Below are positions 47,158 to 56,917 of a DNA stretch of 64,000 nt, one piece after another. The notes beneath the pieces are model-generated. The model did no database searches. It was not told the origin of the DNA and saw only the letters and a list, made by a program, of their open reading frames with translations. Position numbers and translations under genes: made by a program. Position 1 is the stretch's first letter. Each line of letters starts with the position of its first letter. Origin of the DNA: an uncultured Chloroflexia bacterium (GTDB lineage Bacteria; Chloroflexota; Limnocylindria; Limnocylindrales; CSP1-4); assembly GCA_963775225.1 (NCBI GenBank), contig CAVZHW010000005.1:21612-85611 (forward strand). Reading direction: 5' to 3'.

Positions 47158-47861
47158 AGTACCGCGGGCTCAGCCCGCGGACGCAGCCGTTGCGCTGGGT
47201 TCTGTTCACGCTCGCCGCGGCAGGCGTCATCGTGGCCACGGTTCCCGGCAGCGTGGCCGTCGCGTCCGACTGGGTCGTCGCCCACTCGGAAAGCCTGGCC
47301 TGGTACGGCAGCCGGATGCTCGGCTTCATGGCCTACGGCGCATTGACCTTGTCGGTCGTCTATGGCCTGCTGCTCTCGAGCGGCATCCTCGATGAGATCG
47401 CACACCGCGCGGTGTCGCTGACGTTGCACCAGGAACTGAGCGCCGTGGCGATCGGGCTGACTGCACTCCACGGTGCCCTGCTGGCGCTCGACACGTTCGT
47501 GCCCCAGACCGTGCGCCAGTTGGTCGTGCCCTTCACTGGGCCTTACCGCCCTGAGTGGGTGGGCGTCGGCCAGCTCGCGTTCTACGTGATGCTCGTCGTA
47601 TACGGCAGCTTCTACGTCCGTCGCCGTCTGGGCCAGCGCGGCTGGCGGCTGCTGCACTACACCACCCTGCTGGCCTTCGCCGGGGCCACCGGTCACGGCC
47701 TTATGACCGGTACCGACACGGCGGCTCCGTGGGCGACCTGGACCTACGTCGGCGCGACGGCGGCCGTCGCCTTCCTGCTCCTGTATCGGATCGTGCTGAG
47801 CTTGTTCACACCGGGCGCGCGGCAACGCGTCCCGGCCTTCGAAAGGATTGAGCTGGAATGA
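47145..47861 (+). CDS. Ferric-reductase-like transmembrane (heme-b, MsrQ/FRD-type) protein
   Basis: The ATG at 47145 gives MARVKYRGLSPRTQPLRWVLFTLAAAGVIV... About 6 predicted TM helices with conserved His (ALHGALL, ATGHGL). Confidence 0.65.
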   Translation: MARVKYRGLSPRTQPLRWVLFTLAAAGVIVATVPGSVAVASDWVVAHSESLAWYGSRMLGFMAYGALTLSVVYGLLLSSGILDEIAHRAVSLTLHQELSAVAIGLTALHGALLALDTFVPQTVRQLVVPFTGPYRPEWVGVGQLAFYVMLVVYGSFYVRRRLGQRGWRLLHYTTLLAFAGATGHGLMTGTDTAAPWATWTYVGATAAVAFLLLYRIVLSLFTPGARQRVPAFERIELE

Positions 47862-48154
47862 CTTACGTAATCGCCGAACCGTGCGTCGACAACATGGACC
47901 AATCTTGCGTCTCGGTGTGCCCGGTCGACTGCATCAGCGCAGAGCAGGGCGTCGACCGTAAGTTCCACATCGATCCTGATGGCTGCATCGAGTGCGGCAG
48001 CTGCCTGTCGGCCTGCCCCAATAGCGCCATCTACACCGAGGCCGATCTGCCCGATGCCTACGTCGACTATGCCTGGATCGACGCGGCCTGGTTCCGCGAC
48101 CCGGGCGTGGCCAGGTCGGCGCTGGCCGAGGTGCTCGGCGGGCGAGCGGCATGA
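47858..48154 (+). CDS. 7Fe-type ferredoxin (3Fe-4S plus 4Fe-4S)
   Basis: MTYVIAEPCVDNMDQSCVSVCPVDCI ... CIECGSCLSACP. Confidence 0.9.
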   Translation: MTYVIAEPCVDNMDQSCVSVCPVDCISAEQGVDRKFHIDPDGCIECGSCLSACPNSAIYTEADLPDAYVDYAWIDAAWFRDPGVARSALAEVLGGRAA

Positions 48155-48975
48155 GCCTCTCGCCGATCACTACAAGCCGACCGCTGCCGGCCGCTCGCAC
48201 GCGTGAGCTGCCGCCGCGACCGGCGCGCGCTGCCGCCGCTGCCAACTCAACGCTCATCGCGCGCATCGATTTCACCGACTCACTCGCTGGTTTCCACTTC
48301 CTGCTCGACACGCCGCTGGCGCCCTTCCTCCCCGGGCAGTACGTGTCGATCGGGGTGGCCGACGGCGCGGGCCTCGCCCAGCGCCCGTATTCGGTCGTCT
48401 CGCTCGACGCCAGCCGGCGGCGTGTCGAGCTGTTCATCCGACGCATCCCGGGCGGCAGCCTGAGCGGCAGGCTCTGGGCCTTGCCGGTTGGCGCCCGGGT
48501 GCGCGTCGGCCCTGCGCGCGGCCTCTTCACTCTGGATCCCCGCGATGAGCGCCGCCTGTTCGTCGCCACGGGCACCGGGCTGGCACCTTTCCTGGCCATG
48601 CTCCAGGCGTCGCTGGCGACGGCCGATGGAATTCGCACGACGCTCATCCACGGCGCCTCGCACGCCGACGAGCTGACGCATGCCGACCGAATTGGTGGCT
48701 GGTTCGCCGCCGGCCTGGCGCTTGACTACCGGCCGACCATCTCGCGCCCGGCCGAGCCGCGCAACGCGGATTGGGCGGGCCTGACCGGGCGCGCCGAAAC
48801 GCAGCTCGAATCCCTGCTCGCTGCCGGTGAGCTTGCGATCGGCGCCACGCGTGCCTACCTGTGCGGCAACCCTTTGATGATTGCTGCGTGTTCTCGGCTG
48901 CTCACCGAGGCGGGCTGGGAAGCGTCCAACATCCGGGTCGAGCAGTTCCACGGCCCCGGCGGAGGGACTGCCTAG
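48151..48975 (+). CDS. Ferredoxin-NAD(P)+ reductase-like FAD/NAD(P)-binding oxidoreductase
   Basis: RPYSVVS (RxYS FAD motif), [20 protein letters not shown]. 4-nt overlap with the ferredoxin gene. Confidence 0.8.
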   Translation: MSLSPITTSRPLPAARTRELPPRPARAAAAANSTLIARIDFTDSLAGFHFLLDTPLAPFLPGQYVSIGVADGAGLAQRPYSVVSLDASRRRVELFIRRIPGGSLSGRLWALPVGARVRVGPARGLFTLDPRDERRLFVATGTGLAPFLAMLQASLATADGIRTTLIHGASHADELTHADRIGGWFAAGLALDYRPTISRPAEPRNADWAGLTGRAETQLESLLAAGELAIGATRAYLCGNPLMIAACSRLLTEAGWEASNIRVEQFHGPGGGTA

Positions 48976-49024
48976 CCGCCGTGACACGCAAGGTGACACG
49001 CCCGCGGGCTAGGCTTGGCGGGAG

Positions 49025-52000
49025 ATGGCGGTAGCGAATCCAGTTTCGGTCGCGGCGTCCCAGGGCATCACCCTCACGCCGGAGCAGCGCACGGCCGTCG
49101 AATGGGGTGACGGGCCGCTGATGGTGCTGGCCGGCGCCGGCACCGGCAAGACGACGGTCGTGGTGGAACGCGTTCGCTACCTGCTGGCGACGCAGCCGGA
49201 TCTTGAGCCGGAGAACATCCTCGTGCTGACGTACAACGTGCGTGCCGCGGCGGAGCTGGCGGACCGGCTCGAGGCAGCGCTGGGGTTGGAGAGGGCAAGC
49301 CGGCTGTGGGTGCACAACTTCCATTCGTTCGGCCACCGCATCCTGTCGGACCATCGCGCTGAGCTGGGCCTGGCGCTCAACGCAGACGTGCTCGACGGCG
49401 TCGCCCAGCGGCTGCTGTTGCGCGAGCTGCGGCCGCGCTTTGCCCACTTCCTGTATCACGCCATGGCGCGCGACCAGAACGCCGCGGCCCGTTTCGCGGA
49501 CGTCATCAGCCGTGCCAAGGACGAGCTGGTGACGCCAGATGAGTACCTCGCCTTCGCCCATACGCGGCGCCAGGCGTTCGAGCTACGCCACGGCGACGGT
49601 GAGTTCGAGAGGGCGATCGAGGAGCTGCGCCGCCGTGAGCTCGAAGGTTCGGCGTGGCAGGTCAAGCTGGTCCGTCGCGACCTGGTCAACAACGGTCCTG
49701 AGGCCGGCCGCAAGACGGCGGACCGCGAGGCGCGTCGCGAAGTCGGCGGCACCGGTGAGGCTGTCTACTGGCGTGAGCTGTCGCAGGAGCAACAGCGCCT
49801 GGTGCGCGGCCTGACGCCAACCTATCTGCGCGACGCGGAAGCGTACGACGTGCAGCGCCTGATCGAGGAAGCGGAGGCCTACTCCACTTATCAGGACGCG
49901 TTGCGCGAGCGCGGCCAGCTGGATTTTGGCGAACAGCAACTGCGGGCCATCCAGCTGCTGGTTGACCGCCCCAACACTCTGCGTGGCTACCAGGAGCAAT
50001 TCCGCCACGTGCTGGTGGACGAGTTCCAGGACGCCAACATGGCCCAGATCCTCCTGCTCGAGCTGGTCGGTCGCGGCCCGGACAAGCCGGACAACGTGGT
50101 CGTCGTGGGCGATGACGACCAGTCCATCTACCGCTTCCGGGGCGCCAGCTATGCCGCCTTTGAGCAATTCCGCCAGCGCTTCGAGCAGCCGCCCAGCTGG
50201 GCACCGGACCGCGCGCCGGGCAAGGTCGCCAGCCAGCCGCTGCTCGACAACCGGCGCTCGACCGGCGACATCCTGTCGGCCGCCAGCCGGCTCATCGGGC
50301 GTAACCAGAAGCGTCTCAAGCACGAACCGCTGCAGGCCATAAGACCGCCTGGCGAGCCGGTCCGGCTGGTCTACTCGGCCGACGAGCAGGACGAGGCGGA
50401 CGTCGTCGTCGATTGGATCCGCGACGTCCACGAACTGCTGCCCGAGCCACGGCGCTGGAGCGACATAGCGGTGCTATATCGCAAGCACCGTCACCGCGAC
50501 CTGATCGTCGAGCGGCTGCGCAAGCAGGACATTCCGTACGTGGTCGTCGGCGGCGCCGGCCTGTTCAGCGTGCCAGAGGTCCGCGACGTCGAGGCGGCGC
50601 TGCGCGTGGCGACCCAGCCGCAGGACTCGTCGGCCTTCGTGCGCTTGATGTCCGCTGGGCCGTGGCGCCTCGATGCGGCCGAGATCCTGCGTGTCACCAA
50701 CGCGGCCGACTGGGACGGGCGACCCATCTACAACGCCGCGCTGGACATCCTGCGCGAAGGGCAGATCTCCGTCGCCGACCCACCCGCGCGCGTGCACTCG
50801 TCGGCGGTCCCCGTGGCGCCCACGCTGTGGACCGAATCGGATTTCGACGAGACCGAACCCGAGAACGTAAAGCAACGCAAGAGCCGCGAGCAGCGCGCCC
50901 AGTGGCGGCGCGAGGAACTCGACGTGCGCCTGCGCCTTAAGCTCGAACGGCTGCTCGAACTGCTCAACCAGTTGGTGCCGCGCGGCCAGCGCGACGGTCC
51001 ATTCGGCGTCCTCGAGGAGTTCCTCGTGCGCACCAACCTGCTGCACGATTTGATCGCGATCGAGACGCCCGAGGCCCAGCGGACGGTGCTCGCGCTGGCC
51101 CGCTTCATGCGCTTCGTCGCCGACTGGCAGCACGCTCACCCGCGCGACAGTCTGGCCCAGTTCATCGGTTATCTGGACGTGTACGAGAACGTGGGCGGCG
51201 ACCTCGACGCCGACCAACTCGGCCGGCTGGACATCGAAGGCGTGCAGCTGATGACTGTCTACCAGGCCAAGGGCCTCGAATACGAGGCTGTCGCAGTCCC
51301 GCGGCTGGTCGAGGGCCAGTTCCCCGACACCCGTGACGAGACGAGGTTGATCCCGGTCGAGCTACTCAAGCAGCCGCCGCCGGCCGATTTTGCGATGGAC
51401 GAGGAGCGGCGGCTGCTGTACGTGGCGATGACCCGCGCGCGCAGTCAGCTGCTGCTCAGCGCGCCGCAGAATGCCGGCGCGCGCAGCGGCCCGAGCAGGT
51501 TCGTCGGTGAGATTTCGCGCGAGGTAGGCGAACTCGCGCCCGTATCGTCGGAAGACTTCGAACCCACCGCGCCCGACGACCTGACCGTCGAACGGCATGC
51601 CGCGGGGCCGCAGGCGGACGTCGACTCGCTGGCGCGGGGCGCGGCGGAGGGCGCTCACGAAACCACCGCGCAGTTGCTCAAACTGATGCCGGTGCCGCTC
51701 GCGCACGAGCGACGCTTCGCCCTCCGCCGCCGCGCGGTCGAGCTGATCGGCATGCTCGAGGCGCTCGACGCGGACGACCACGCCGGCCGCGCGGCGCTGG
51801 CCGCCGACCTGGTCGCCGTGGCTGAACAGGCGGCTGCCACCGCCGACGAGGCGCGCCAAAGCGGTCGCGACCCGGTCACGCTCGACGTCCTTTCACGCCA
51901 CGCCCCGGCCGGCAAGACGCTGCTCGAACTGGCCGCTCTGCCGCAGACCTTCTCGCACTCTCAGCTGCGCCTGTACAGCGAGTGCCCGCTCCAGTACGCG

Positions 52001-52738
52001 TTCCAGCGGGTGTACCGCATCCCCGTCGCGGAGACGCCTGGATATTTCGAGTTCGGTCACGTCATCCACCGCGCGTTCGAGGTGTACGCGCGGGCACGCC
52101 GCGATGCGGTCGCCGCGGGCCAGCCGGTACCCGGCTACGAGGTGCTCAAGGACGCCTTCGACGAGATCTGGCGACCGCGCGCGTTCGCGGATGCGCAGGC
52201 TGCGCAGCATTACGCGGGCCGTGCCGAGCCCGCCCTGCGCCGCTTCTACGATCGCGAGGTGGCGCGGCTCGCGGAGGCGGTGGACTTCGAAGCCGGCTTC
52301 ACATTGCAGCTCGAGGGCGAGCCGGGCGAGCCGCCGGTGCGCATGTACGGCGTCATCGACCGCATCGATCGTCATCCCGACGGGACGATCGAGATCACCG
52401 ACTACAAGACCGGCCGGTCCAAGAAACAGGCCGACGTCGACGCGGACGAGCAGCTGTCGGCCTACGCGCTGGCTACCGCCATGGGCGCGGTGCTCGACCC
52501 GGCGAACAGGCAGCCGCTGCCGGCGGCCTCGAAGCTGACGCTCTACTTCACCGAGAGCGACCAGGCGATGAGCACTACGCGCACACCCGAACAGCTCGAC
52601 GTGTTTCGCGGGACGGTGCTCGAGAAGGCGCGCCGCATCCGCTCGGGCGACTTCACCGCCGCGCCGGATCAGTGGCGCTGCGGCCGCTGCGACTACCGTT
52701 TGATCTGTCCCAGCCGCTTCGGGTCCGCGACTGCCTGA
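49025..52738 (+). CDS. UvrD/PcrA-type SF1 helicase fused to a C-terminal PD-(D/E)XK, Cas4/AddB-like 4-Cys nuclease
   Basis: 1237 aa. Walker A LAGAGTGKTT. VDEFQDAN. VGDDDQSIYRFRGA. TVYQAKGLEYEAV. C-terminal CPLQYAF ... ITDYKTG ... QLSAYALA ... CGRCDYRLICP. Confidence 0.85.
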   Translation: MAVANPVSVAASQGITLTPEQRTAVEWGDGPLMVLAGAGTGKTTVVVERVRYLLATQPDLEPENILVLTYNVRAAAELADRLEAALGLERASRLWVHNFHSFGHRILSDHRAELGLALNADVLDGVAQRLLLRELRPRFAHFLYHAMARDQNAAARFADVISRAKDELVTPDEYLAFAHTRRQAFELRHGDGEFERAIEELRRRELEGSAWQVKLVRRDLVNNGPEAGRKTADREARREVGGTGEAVYWRELSQEQQRLVRGLTPTYLRDAEAYDVQRLIEEAEAYSTYQDALRERGQLDFGEQQLRAIQLLVDRPNTLRGYQEQFRHVLVDEFQDANMAQILLLELVGRGPDKPDNVVVVGDDDQSIYRFRGASYAAFEQFRQRFEQPPSWAPDRAPGKVASQPLLDNRRSTGDILSAASRLIGRNQKRLKHEPLQAIRPPGEPVRLVYSADEQDEADVVVDWIRDVHELLPEPRRWSDIAVLYRKHRHRDLIVERLRKQDIPYVVVGGAGLFSVPEVRDVEAALRVATQPQDSSAFVRLMSAGPWRLDAAEILRVTNAADWDGRPIYNAALDILREGQISVADPPARVHSSAVPVAPTLWTESDFDETEPENVKQRKSREQRAQWRREELDVRLRLKLERLLELLNQLVPRGQRDGPFGVLEEFLVRTNLLHDLIAIETPEAQRTVLALARFMRFVADWQHAHPRDSLAQFIGYLDVYENVGGDLDADQLGRLDIEGVQLMTVYQAKGLEYEAVAVPRLVEGQFPDTRDETRLIPVELLKQPPPADFAMDEERRLLYVAMTRARSQLLLSAPQNAGARSGPSRFVGEISREVGELAPVSSEDFEPTAPDDLTVERHAAGPQADVDSLARGAAEGAHETTAQLLKLMPVPLAHERRFALRRRAVELIGMLEALDADDHAGRAALAADLVAVAEQAAATADEARQSGRDPVTLDVLSRHAPAGKTLLELAALPQTFSHSQLRLYSECPLQYAFQRVYRIPVAETPGYFEFGHVIHRAFEVYARARRDAVAAGQPVPGYEVLKDAFDEIWRPRAFADAQAAQHYAGRAEPALRRFYDREVARLAEAVDFEAGFTLQLEGEPGEPPVRMYGVIDRIDRHPDGTIEITDYKTGRSKKQADVDADEQLSAYALATAMGAVLDPANRQPLPAASKLTLYFTESDQAMSTTRTPEQLDVFRGTVLEKARRIRSGDFTAAPDQWRCGRCDYRLICPSRFGSATA

Positions 52739-52851
52739 GGGGCGGCCGCCGGCACGGTCCATTGCGGGAAGGAGGAAGAACAGCGACTACCCATGACGAC
52801 CAGCCGCAAGCGTGGCGGCAGAGGGCGCTCGACCTGATCCTGGGCGATTTC

Positions 52852-53754
52852 GTGCGCGACATCTTCAGGCGATCGATGGAGGATGACGTGCTCGGCCTGG
52901 CCGCTGAGCTTGCCTACCGGTTCTTTCTGGCCATCTTCCCGTTCGCCATCTTCGTGACGGCGCTCGGTGGTTTCATCGCCGCCAGCCTGAACATCGATAA
53001 CCCGGCCCACCAGATCGTCCAGTCACTCGGCAGCGTGCTCCCGCAGGGCGCCGCTACGATCGTCCAGTCGCAACTGAAGCAGATCATTGACCACGGCGAT
53101 GCGAGTCTCGTGTCGCTGAGCGCCCTGGTCGCGCTGTTCTTTGCCACCGGCGGGATGAACGCCACCATCAAGGCGATGAACCGGGTCTACGACGTGCCCG
53201 AGGGCAGGCCGCTCTGGCGTCGCTACGTGGTCGCTCTGCTGCTGACCATCATCGGCGGTGCGGGCATGATCAGTGCCTTCGTGCTCTATGGCCCGGTGCG
53301 GTACCTGGCTCCGCAGGTGGTTGAGCTCCTCGGCCTGGGCGCCCAAACCGCCCTGGTCGTAACCATCATCTCGATCATCGGCGGACTCGCGCTGGTTGTC
53401 GTAGCCGCGACGCTTGTCTACCGTTTGGCACCAAACCTCAGGCTGTCGGTCGTCACGTTACTGCCGGGTGCGTCGTTATTCGCCGTCGTCTGGCTGGTTG
53501 CTACGCTGGGGCTCAACGTGTACGTCACGAATTTCGCGAGCTACGCGAACACCTACGGCGCCCTCGCCGGCGTCGCCATCGCGCTGCTCTTCTTCTACGT
53601 CTCGGCGCTCCTCTTCCTTCTCGCAGGCGAATTCAACGCCGCGGTCCATGCCCTGACCGCGCCGCGCGATCTGCACCAACGGCAGCAGGAGTCGCACGAT
53701 CAGGCCGAGTTGGGCCGCCAGCAGTCGGCTGGCGGCGGCGATCACGACTCCTGA
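52852..53754 (+). CDS. YihY/BrkB family membrane protein
   Basis: LGLAAELAYRFFLAIFPFAIFV... plus multiple TM helices. The start is uncertain: GTG at 52852 or ATG at 52876. The long track ORF from 51982 overlaps the helicase gene out of frame. Confidence 0.7.
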   Translation: MRDIFRRSMEDDVLGLAAELAYRFFLAIFPFAIFVTALGGFIAASLNIDNPAHQIVQSLGSVLPQGAATIVQSQLKQIIDHGDASLVSLSALVALFFATGGMNATIKAMNRVYDVPEGRPLWRRYVVALLLTIIGGAGMISAFVLYGPVRYLAPQVVELLGLGAQTALVVTIISIIGGLALVVVAATLVYRLAPNLRLSVVTLLPGASLFAVVWLVATLGLNVYVTNFASYANTYGALAGVAIALLFFYVSALLFLLAGEFNAAVHALTAPRDLHQRQQESHDQAELGRQQSAGGGDHDS

Positions 53755-53761
53755 TGGGCTG

Positions 53762-54934
53762 ATGCTGCAGCAACCAGACAAACTCGATCTCCTTATTGCC
53801 GACATCTCGGGCTACACCGAATACCTCGCCGGAGTGGAGCTCGACCACGCGCAGGACATCCTGGCCGACCTCGTCGGCACAGTCGTTAGCGCCCTGCGGC
53901 CGACCTTCCGCCTGGCGAAGCTGGAGGGCGACGCGGCGTTCTGCTACGCACCGGCGGAGAAGTTCGACGGCGCGCTGCTGCTCGACACCGTCGAGCGCTG
54001 CTACTTCGGCTTCCGCCGCCGCCGACGCGACGTCCGCCAGGCGACCTCATGCGAGTGTCGAGCATGCGTGCGCATCCCCAACCTGAACCTGAAGTTCGTC
54101 GCCCATTCGGGGCTCGCCATCCGCCAGAAGGTGGCCGGCCGAGAAGAACTCCTCGGCTCGGATGTCATCGTCATTCATCGGCTGCTCAAGAACGACATCG
54201 TCGAGCGGCTGGGCATCGGCGCCTATGCCGCGCTGACGGTGCCACTCGTCGCGCAGATGGGCATCGACCCGGTCGAGCTGGGCATGGTCGAGCACAGCGA
54301 GACGTACGAGCACGTGGGCGAGATCCCGCTGTGGGTTGAGGACCTGGAACGGCGCTGGCAGGAGGAAGATGCGCGGCGCCGGGTGCGCGTCGAATCGGGC
54401 GAGGCCCTGTACGAAGTCGAGCGCGAGTTCCGCGCGCCACCGCAGGTCGTCTGGGAATACGTCACCACCCCCGGTCGGCGAGTCGCCTGGCAGGCGCCGG
54501 GGGGCATCAGCGCGGTGGAGGAGCACCCGGCACGTGGCGGCCGGCGCGGGGCCGGCACGGTCAACCACTGTGTCCACGGTCCGGGCGCGTGGATCGAAGA
54601 GATCCTCGATTGGCGCCCGTACGACTACGTCACCCACCGGACCAAGCTGCCCGGCGACGGGCCGACTTTTGTTTCGACGTATGAACTGGAGCCCACCGCC
54701 ACGGGCACCAAGCTGCACTTCCGGGCGGCGGCGCCAACCAGGCGCGACAGGGCGCTGATGGAAGCGGCGCTGCCCGACATAGATCGCGGCTTCACCATCG
54801 AACTCGATCTGCTGGGGCGCATGGCCGGCGAGGAATCACAGTCGCGGGCCGCCCAACCCTCGGAGCCTCTTCCAGTGCGACGTGCGGCGGACGGGTTCCT
54901 CGCCGGGATTGGGCCGATCGAGATGGTCGGCTGA
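53762..54934 (+). CDS. DUF2652 (cyclase-fold-like) plus SRPBCC/START-like two-domain protein
   Basis: LLIADISGYTEYL...KLEGDAAFCY...LKFVAHSG in the N-terminal half. PPQVVWEYVTTPGRRVAWQ...TKLHF in the C-terminal half. Confidence 0.6.
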   Translation: MLQQPDKLDLLIADISGYTEYLAGVELDHAQDILADLVGTVVSALRPTFRLAKLEGDAAFCYAPAEKFDGALLLDTVERCYFGFRRRRRDVRQATSCECRACVRIPNLNLKFVAHSGLAIRQKVAGREELLGSDVIVIHRLLKNDIVERLGIGAYAALTVPLVAQMGIDPVELGMVEHSETYEHVGEIPLWVEDLERRWQEEDARRRVRVESGEALYEVEREFRAPPQVVWEYVTTPGRRVAWQAPGGISAVEEHPARGGRRGAGTVNHCVHGPGAWIEEILDWRPYDYVTHRTKLPGDGPTFVSTYELEPTATGTKLHFRAAAPTRRDRALMEAALPDIDRGFTIELDLLGRMAGEESQSRAAQPSEPLPVRRAADGFLAGIGPIEMVG

Positions 54935-54940
54935 GAGGGG

Positions 54941-55894
54941 CTACGGGTCGGACGCGGGGCAGTCTGGATCGTCGGGCAGCAGCGGGTGGAAGATCAGCGC
55001 GTAGAGCTTGCCGTCTGATCGCCACAACGTCAGCTGGTTGGATGCCTGGACGTCGGGCAGCAGCGTTACCAGGTCGTCGCCGCTGATCGCGACGCAGCGG
55101 TACTCCGCGCCGAACTGCTGGAGCGGCCGGCCCATGGTCGCCAGCGTCTCGAGTGGCCAATCCTTCACCGTTACCAGGCTCTGATAAGGCGACTCATCTC
55201 GCGATCCCGGCCGCGAGATGAGTCGGAGGCGCGCGGAATCGTATGGCTGGTCGTTGCCCACGTCCCCGTCCGGCAGCGACGCGTGCGGGTCCACCAGCAG
55301 TGACTCGAAGTCGAGCAGCGCCTGGATCTCCGGGTCGGGTGAGGGCTGGCCCATCTCCGGATACAGCGTCGTCTCGTGAGTCGTGCCGTCGGCATACACG
55401 ACGGTGAAGATGGTCTGGCCGACATCGGGCATGGGCTGGCCGAGCGTCCTGTCGGGACCGCTGAGGACGGCCTGCTCGGCCGCCTGCAGGATCTCGGCGA
55501 TGCCGGCCTGGGTGAGGCGAGTCACGACGAGACCGGGCAGCGCGGGACCGGGGTAGATATCGGGCGTGGCGCCCTGCGTGATCAGTTGGCCGTCGGCGTA
55601 CAGCACGGCCACGGGGTAGTGCGTGAAGAGCCACTCCTGAGGCACGAAACCGCCGGTGTTCTCGATACGCACCAGCGCCTGATCCTGGCCGGTAACCGGC
55701 GCTGACGAGGGCGCCGGGCTCGAGGACGGCTCGGACGGTGAAGGTGCGACCGACGGTGAAGGTACGACCGACTGCGCGGGTGCCACCGAAGGCGAAGGCT
55801 GCGGCGAGCCGCCGTAAAGCGGTCCCAGCGAACAGCCACCGAGTACGGTCAGGCTCACGACCAGGGAGAGGGCACGCATCCGGTGATTGTCCAT
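54941..55894 (-). CDS. Secreted lipoprotein, unknown function
   Basis: MDNHRMRALSLVVSLTVLGGC lipobox and a Ser/Pro-rich linker. The start could also be 55912 or 55879. Confidence 0.6.
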   Translation of the reverse strand: MDNHRMRALSLVVSLTVLGGCSLGPLYGGSPQPSPSVAPAQSVVPSPSVAPSPSEPSSSPAPSSAPVTGQDQALVRIENTGGFVPQEWLFTHYPVAVLYADGQLITQGATPDIYPGPALPGLVVTRLTQAGIAEILQAAEQAVLSGPDRTLGQPMPDVGQTIFTVVYADGTTHETTLYPEMGQPSPDPEIQALLDFESLLVDPHASLPDGDVGNDQPYDSARLRLISRPGSRDESPYQSLVTVKDWPLETLATMGRPLQQFGAEYRCVAISGDDLVTLLPDVQASNQLTLWRSDGKLYALIFHPLLPDDPDCPASDP

Positions 55895-55951
55895 GGCCCA
55901 CTCGACGTGCATCCCTGCGCACGGTTCCGACGGCTGCGATCATCAACACTG

Positions 55952-56917
55952 ATGAGCGACATTCGCGGCGCTGTCGTGCAGGCCGTCACCGGTCGCGTAC
56001 CGGTCGAACAACTGGGCATTACCGACGCACACGACCACCTGTTCCTGAGCTCGCCGGCGCTGACCGGCCAGGAGCTCGACGACCCGGGCCGAGTCACCGC
56101 CGAGGTCGCGGACGCCGCCGCGACGGGCGTCCGCGCCATCGTCGAGGCGACGCCGATCGGGCTGGGCCGGCGGCCGGACCTGATGCGCCGGGTGAGCGAG
56201 GCGACCGGTGTGACCGTGATCGGCGCCACGGGATATCACCGCGATGGGCACTACCCGGCGGGCCACTGGGTCTACGACGCCAGTGAGGAAACCCTGCTCG
56301 AGCGCATGCTGGCCGACATCGAGCAGGGCATGCACCCGTCCGACTGGCTCGATCCAGCAGCCACCCTCGATCCGGCGCGCGCCGGCGTAATCAAGGTCGG
56401 CGCCTCATATCAGCGGATCACGCGCGCCGAGCGACGGCGGCTGACGGCGGCCGCCGAAGCTGCCCGGCAGACCGGGGTGCCGATCCTTGCCCACTGCGAG
56501 ATCGGCACGATGGCCGACGAGATCGTCGATCTGCTCGGCGATGCCGGCGTGGCGGCCGAGCGGATCATCCTCGCGCACATGGATCGCAACCCTGATCCCG
56601 AGCTGCACGCCGACCTGTGCGCCCGCGGCGTATTCCTCGAGTACGACACCATCGGGCGCATCAAGTATCGACCGGACAGCGAGCTGCTGCGCCTGATCGA
56701 CTACCTCGGGGCGCACGACTGCGGCACCAGTGTCCTGCTGGGCCTCGACCTGGGGCAGCACGATTACTTCCGCTCGTACGACGGCGGCCCGGGCATGCGC
56801 TACCTGATGACGCGCTTTGTGCCGCGCCTCGAGCGAGGCATCGGGCCGGTGGCCACGCAGCGCATCCTGGTCGACAACCCGGCGCGCGCGTATGCATTGC
56901 GCGGGGCTGATGCCTGA
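55952..56917 (+). CDS. Phosphotriesterase-family (PTER-like) amidohydrolase
   Basis: The ATG at 55952 gives MSDIRGAVVQAVTGRVPVEQLGITDAHDHLF (HxH metal site). Also ...IKVGAS..., ...ILAHCE..., ...LGLDLG... Confidence 0.8.
   Translation: MSDIRGAVVQAVTGRVPVEQLGITDAHDHLFLSSPALTGQELDDPGRVTAEVADAAATGVRAIVEATPIGLGRRPDLMRRVSEATGVTVIGATGYHRDGHYPAGHWVYDASEETLLERMLADIEQGMHPSDWLDPAATLDPARAGVIKVGASYQRITRAERRRLTAAAEAARQTGVPILAHCEIGTMADEIVDLLGDAGVAAERIILAHMDRNPDPELHADLCARGVFLEYDTIGRIKYRPDSELLRLIDYLGAHDCGTSVLLGLDLGQHDYFRSYDGGPGMRYLMTRFVPRLERGIGPVATQRILVDNPARAYALRGADA

Noticed and set aside
48961-49024. 8-bp inverted repeat gcctagcc...ggctaggc enclosing the gtgacacgc direct repeats after the FNR gene, as a possible terminator
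   Set aside because: The 29-nt loop and the absence of a T-run make an intrinsic terminator unlikely. It is mentioned only as a possible binding site under the helicase finding.
52766-52837. Strong SD-like GGGAAGGAGGAAG followed by a 14-codon ATG ORF (MTTSRKRGGRGRST*) upstream of, and out of frame with, the YihY gene: possible leader peptide or frameshifted start
   Set aside because: The ATG is 17 nt from the GGAGG core, too far for a normal SD. There is no start codon at proper spacing in the YihY frame. I cannot distinguish a leader peptide, a sequencing indel or coincidence without reads or orthologue comparison.
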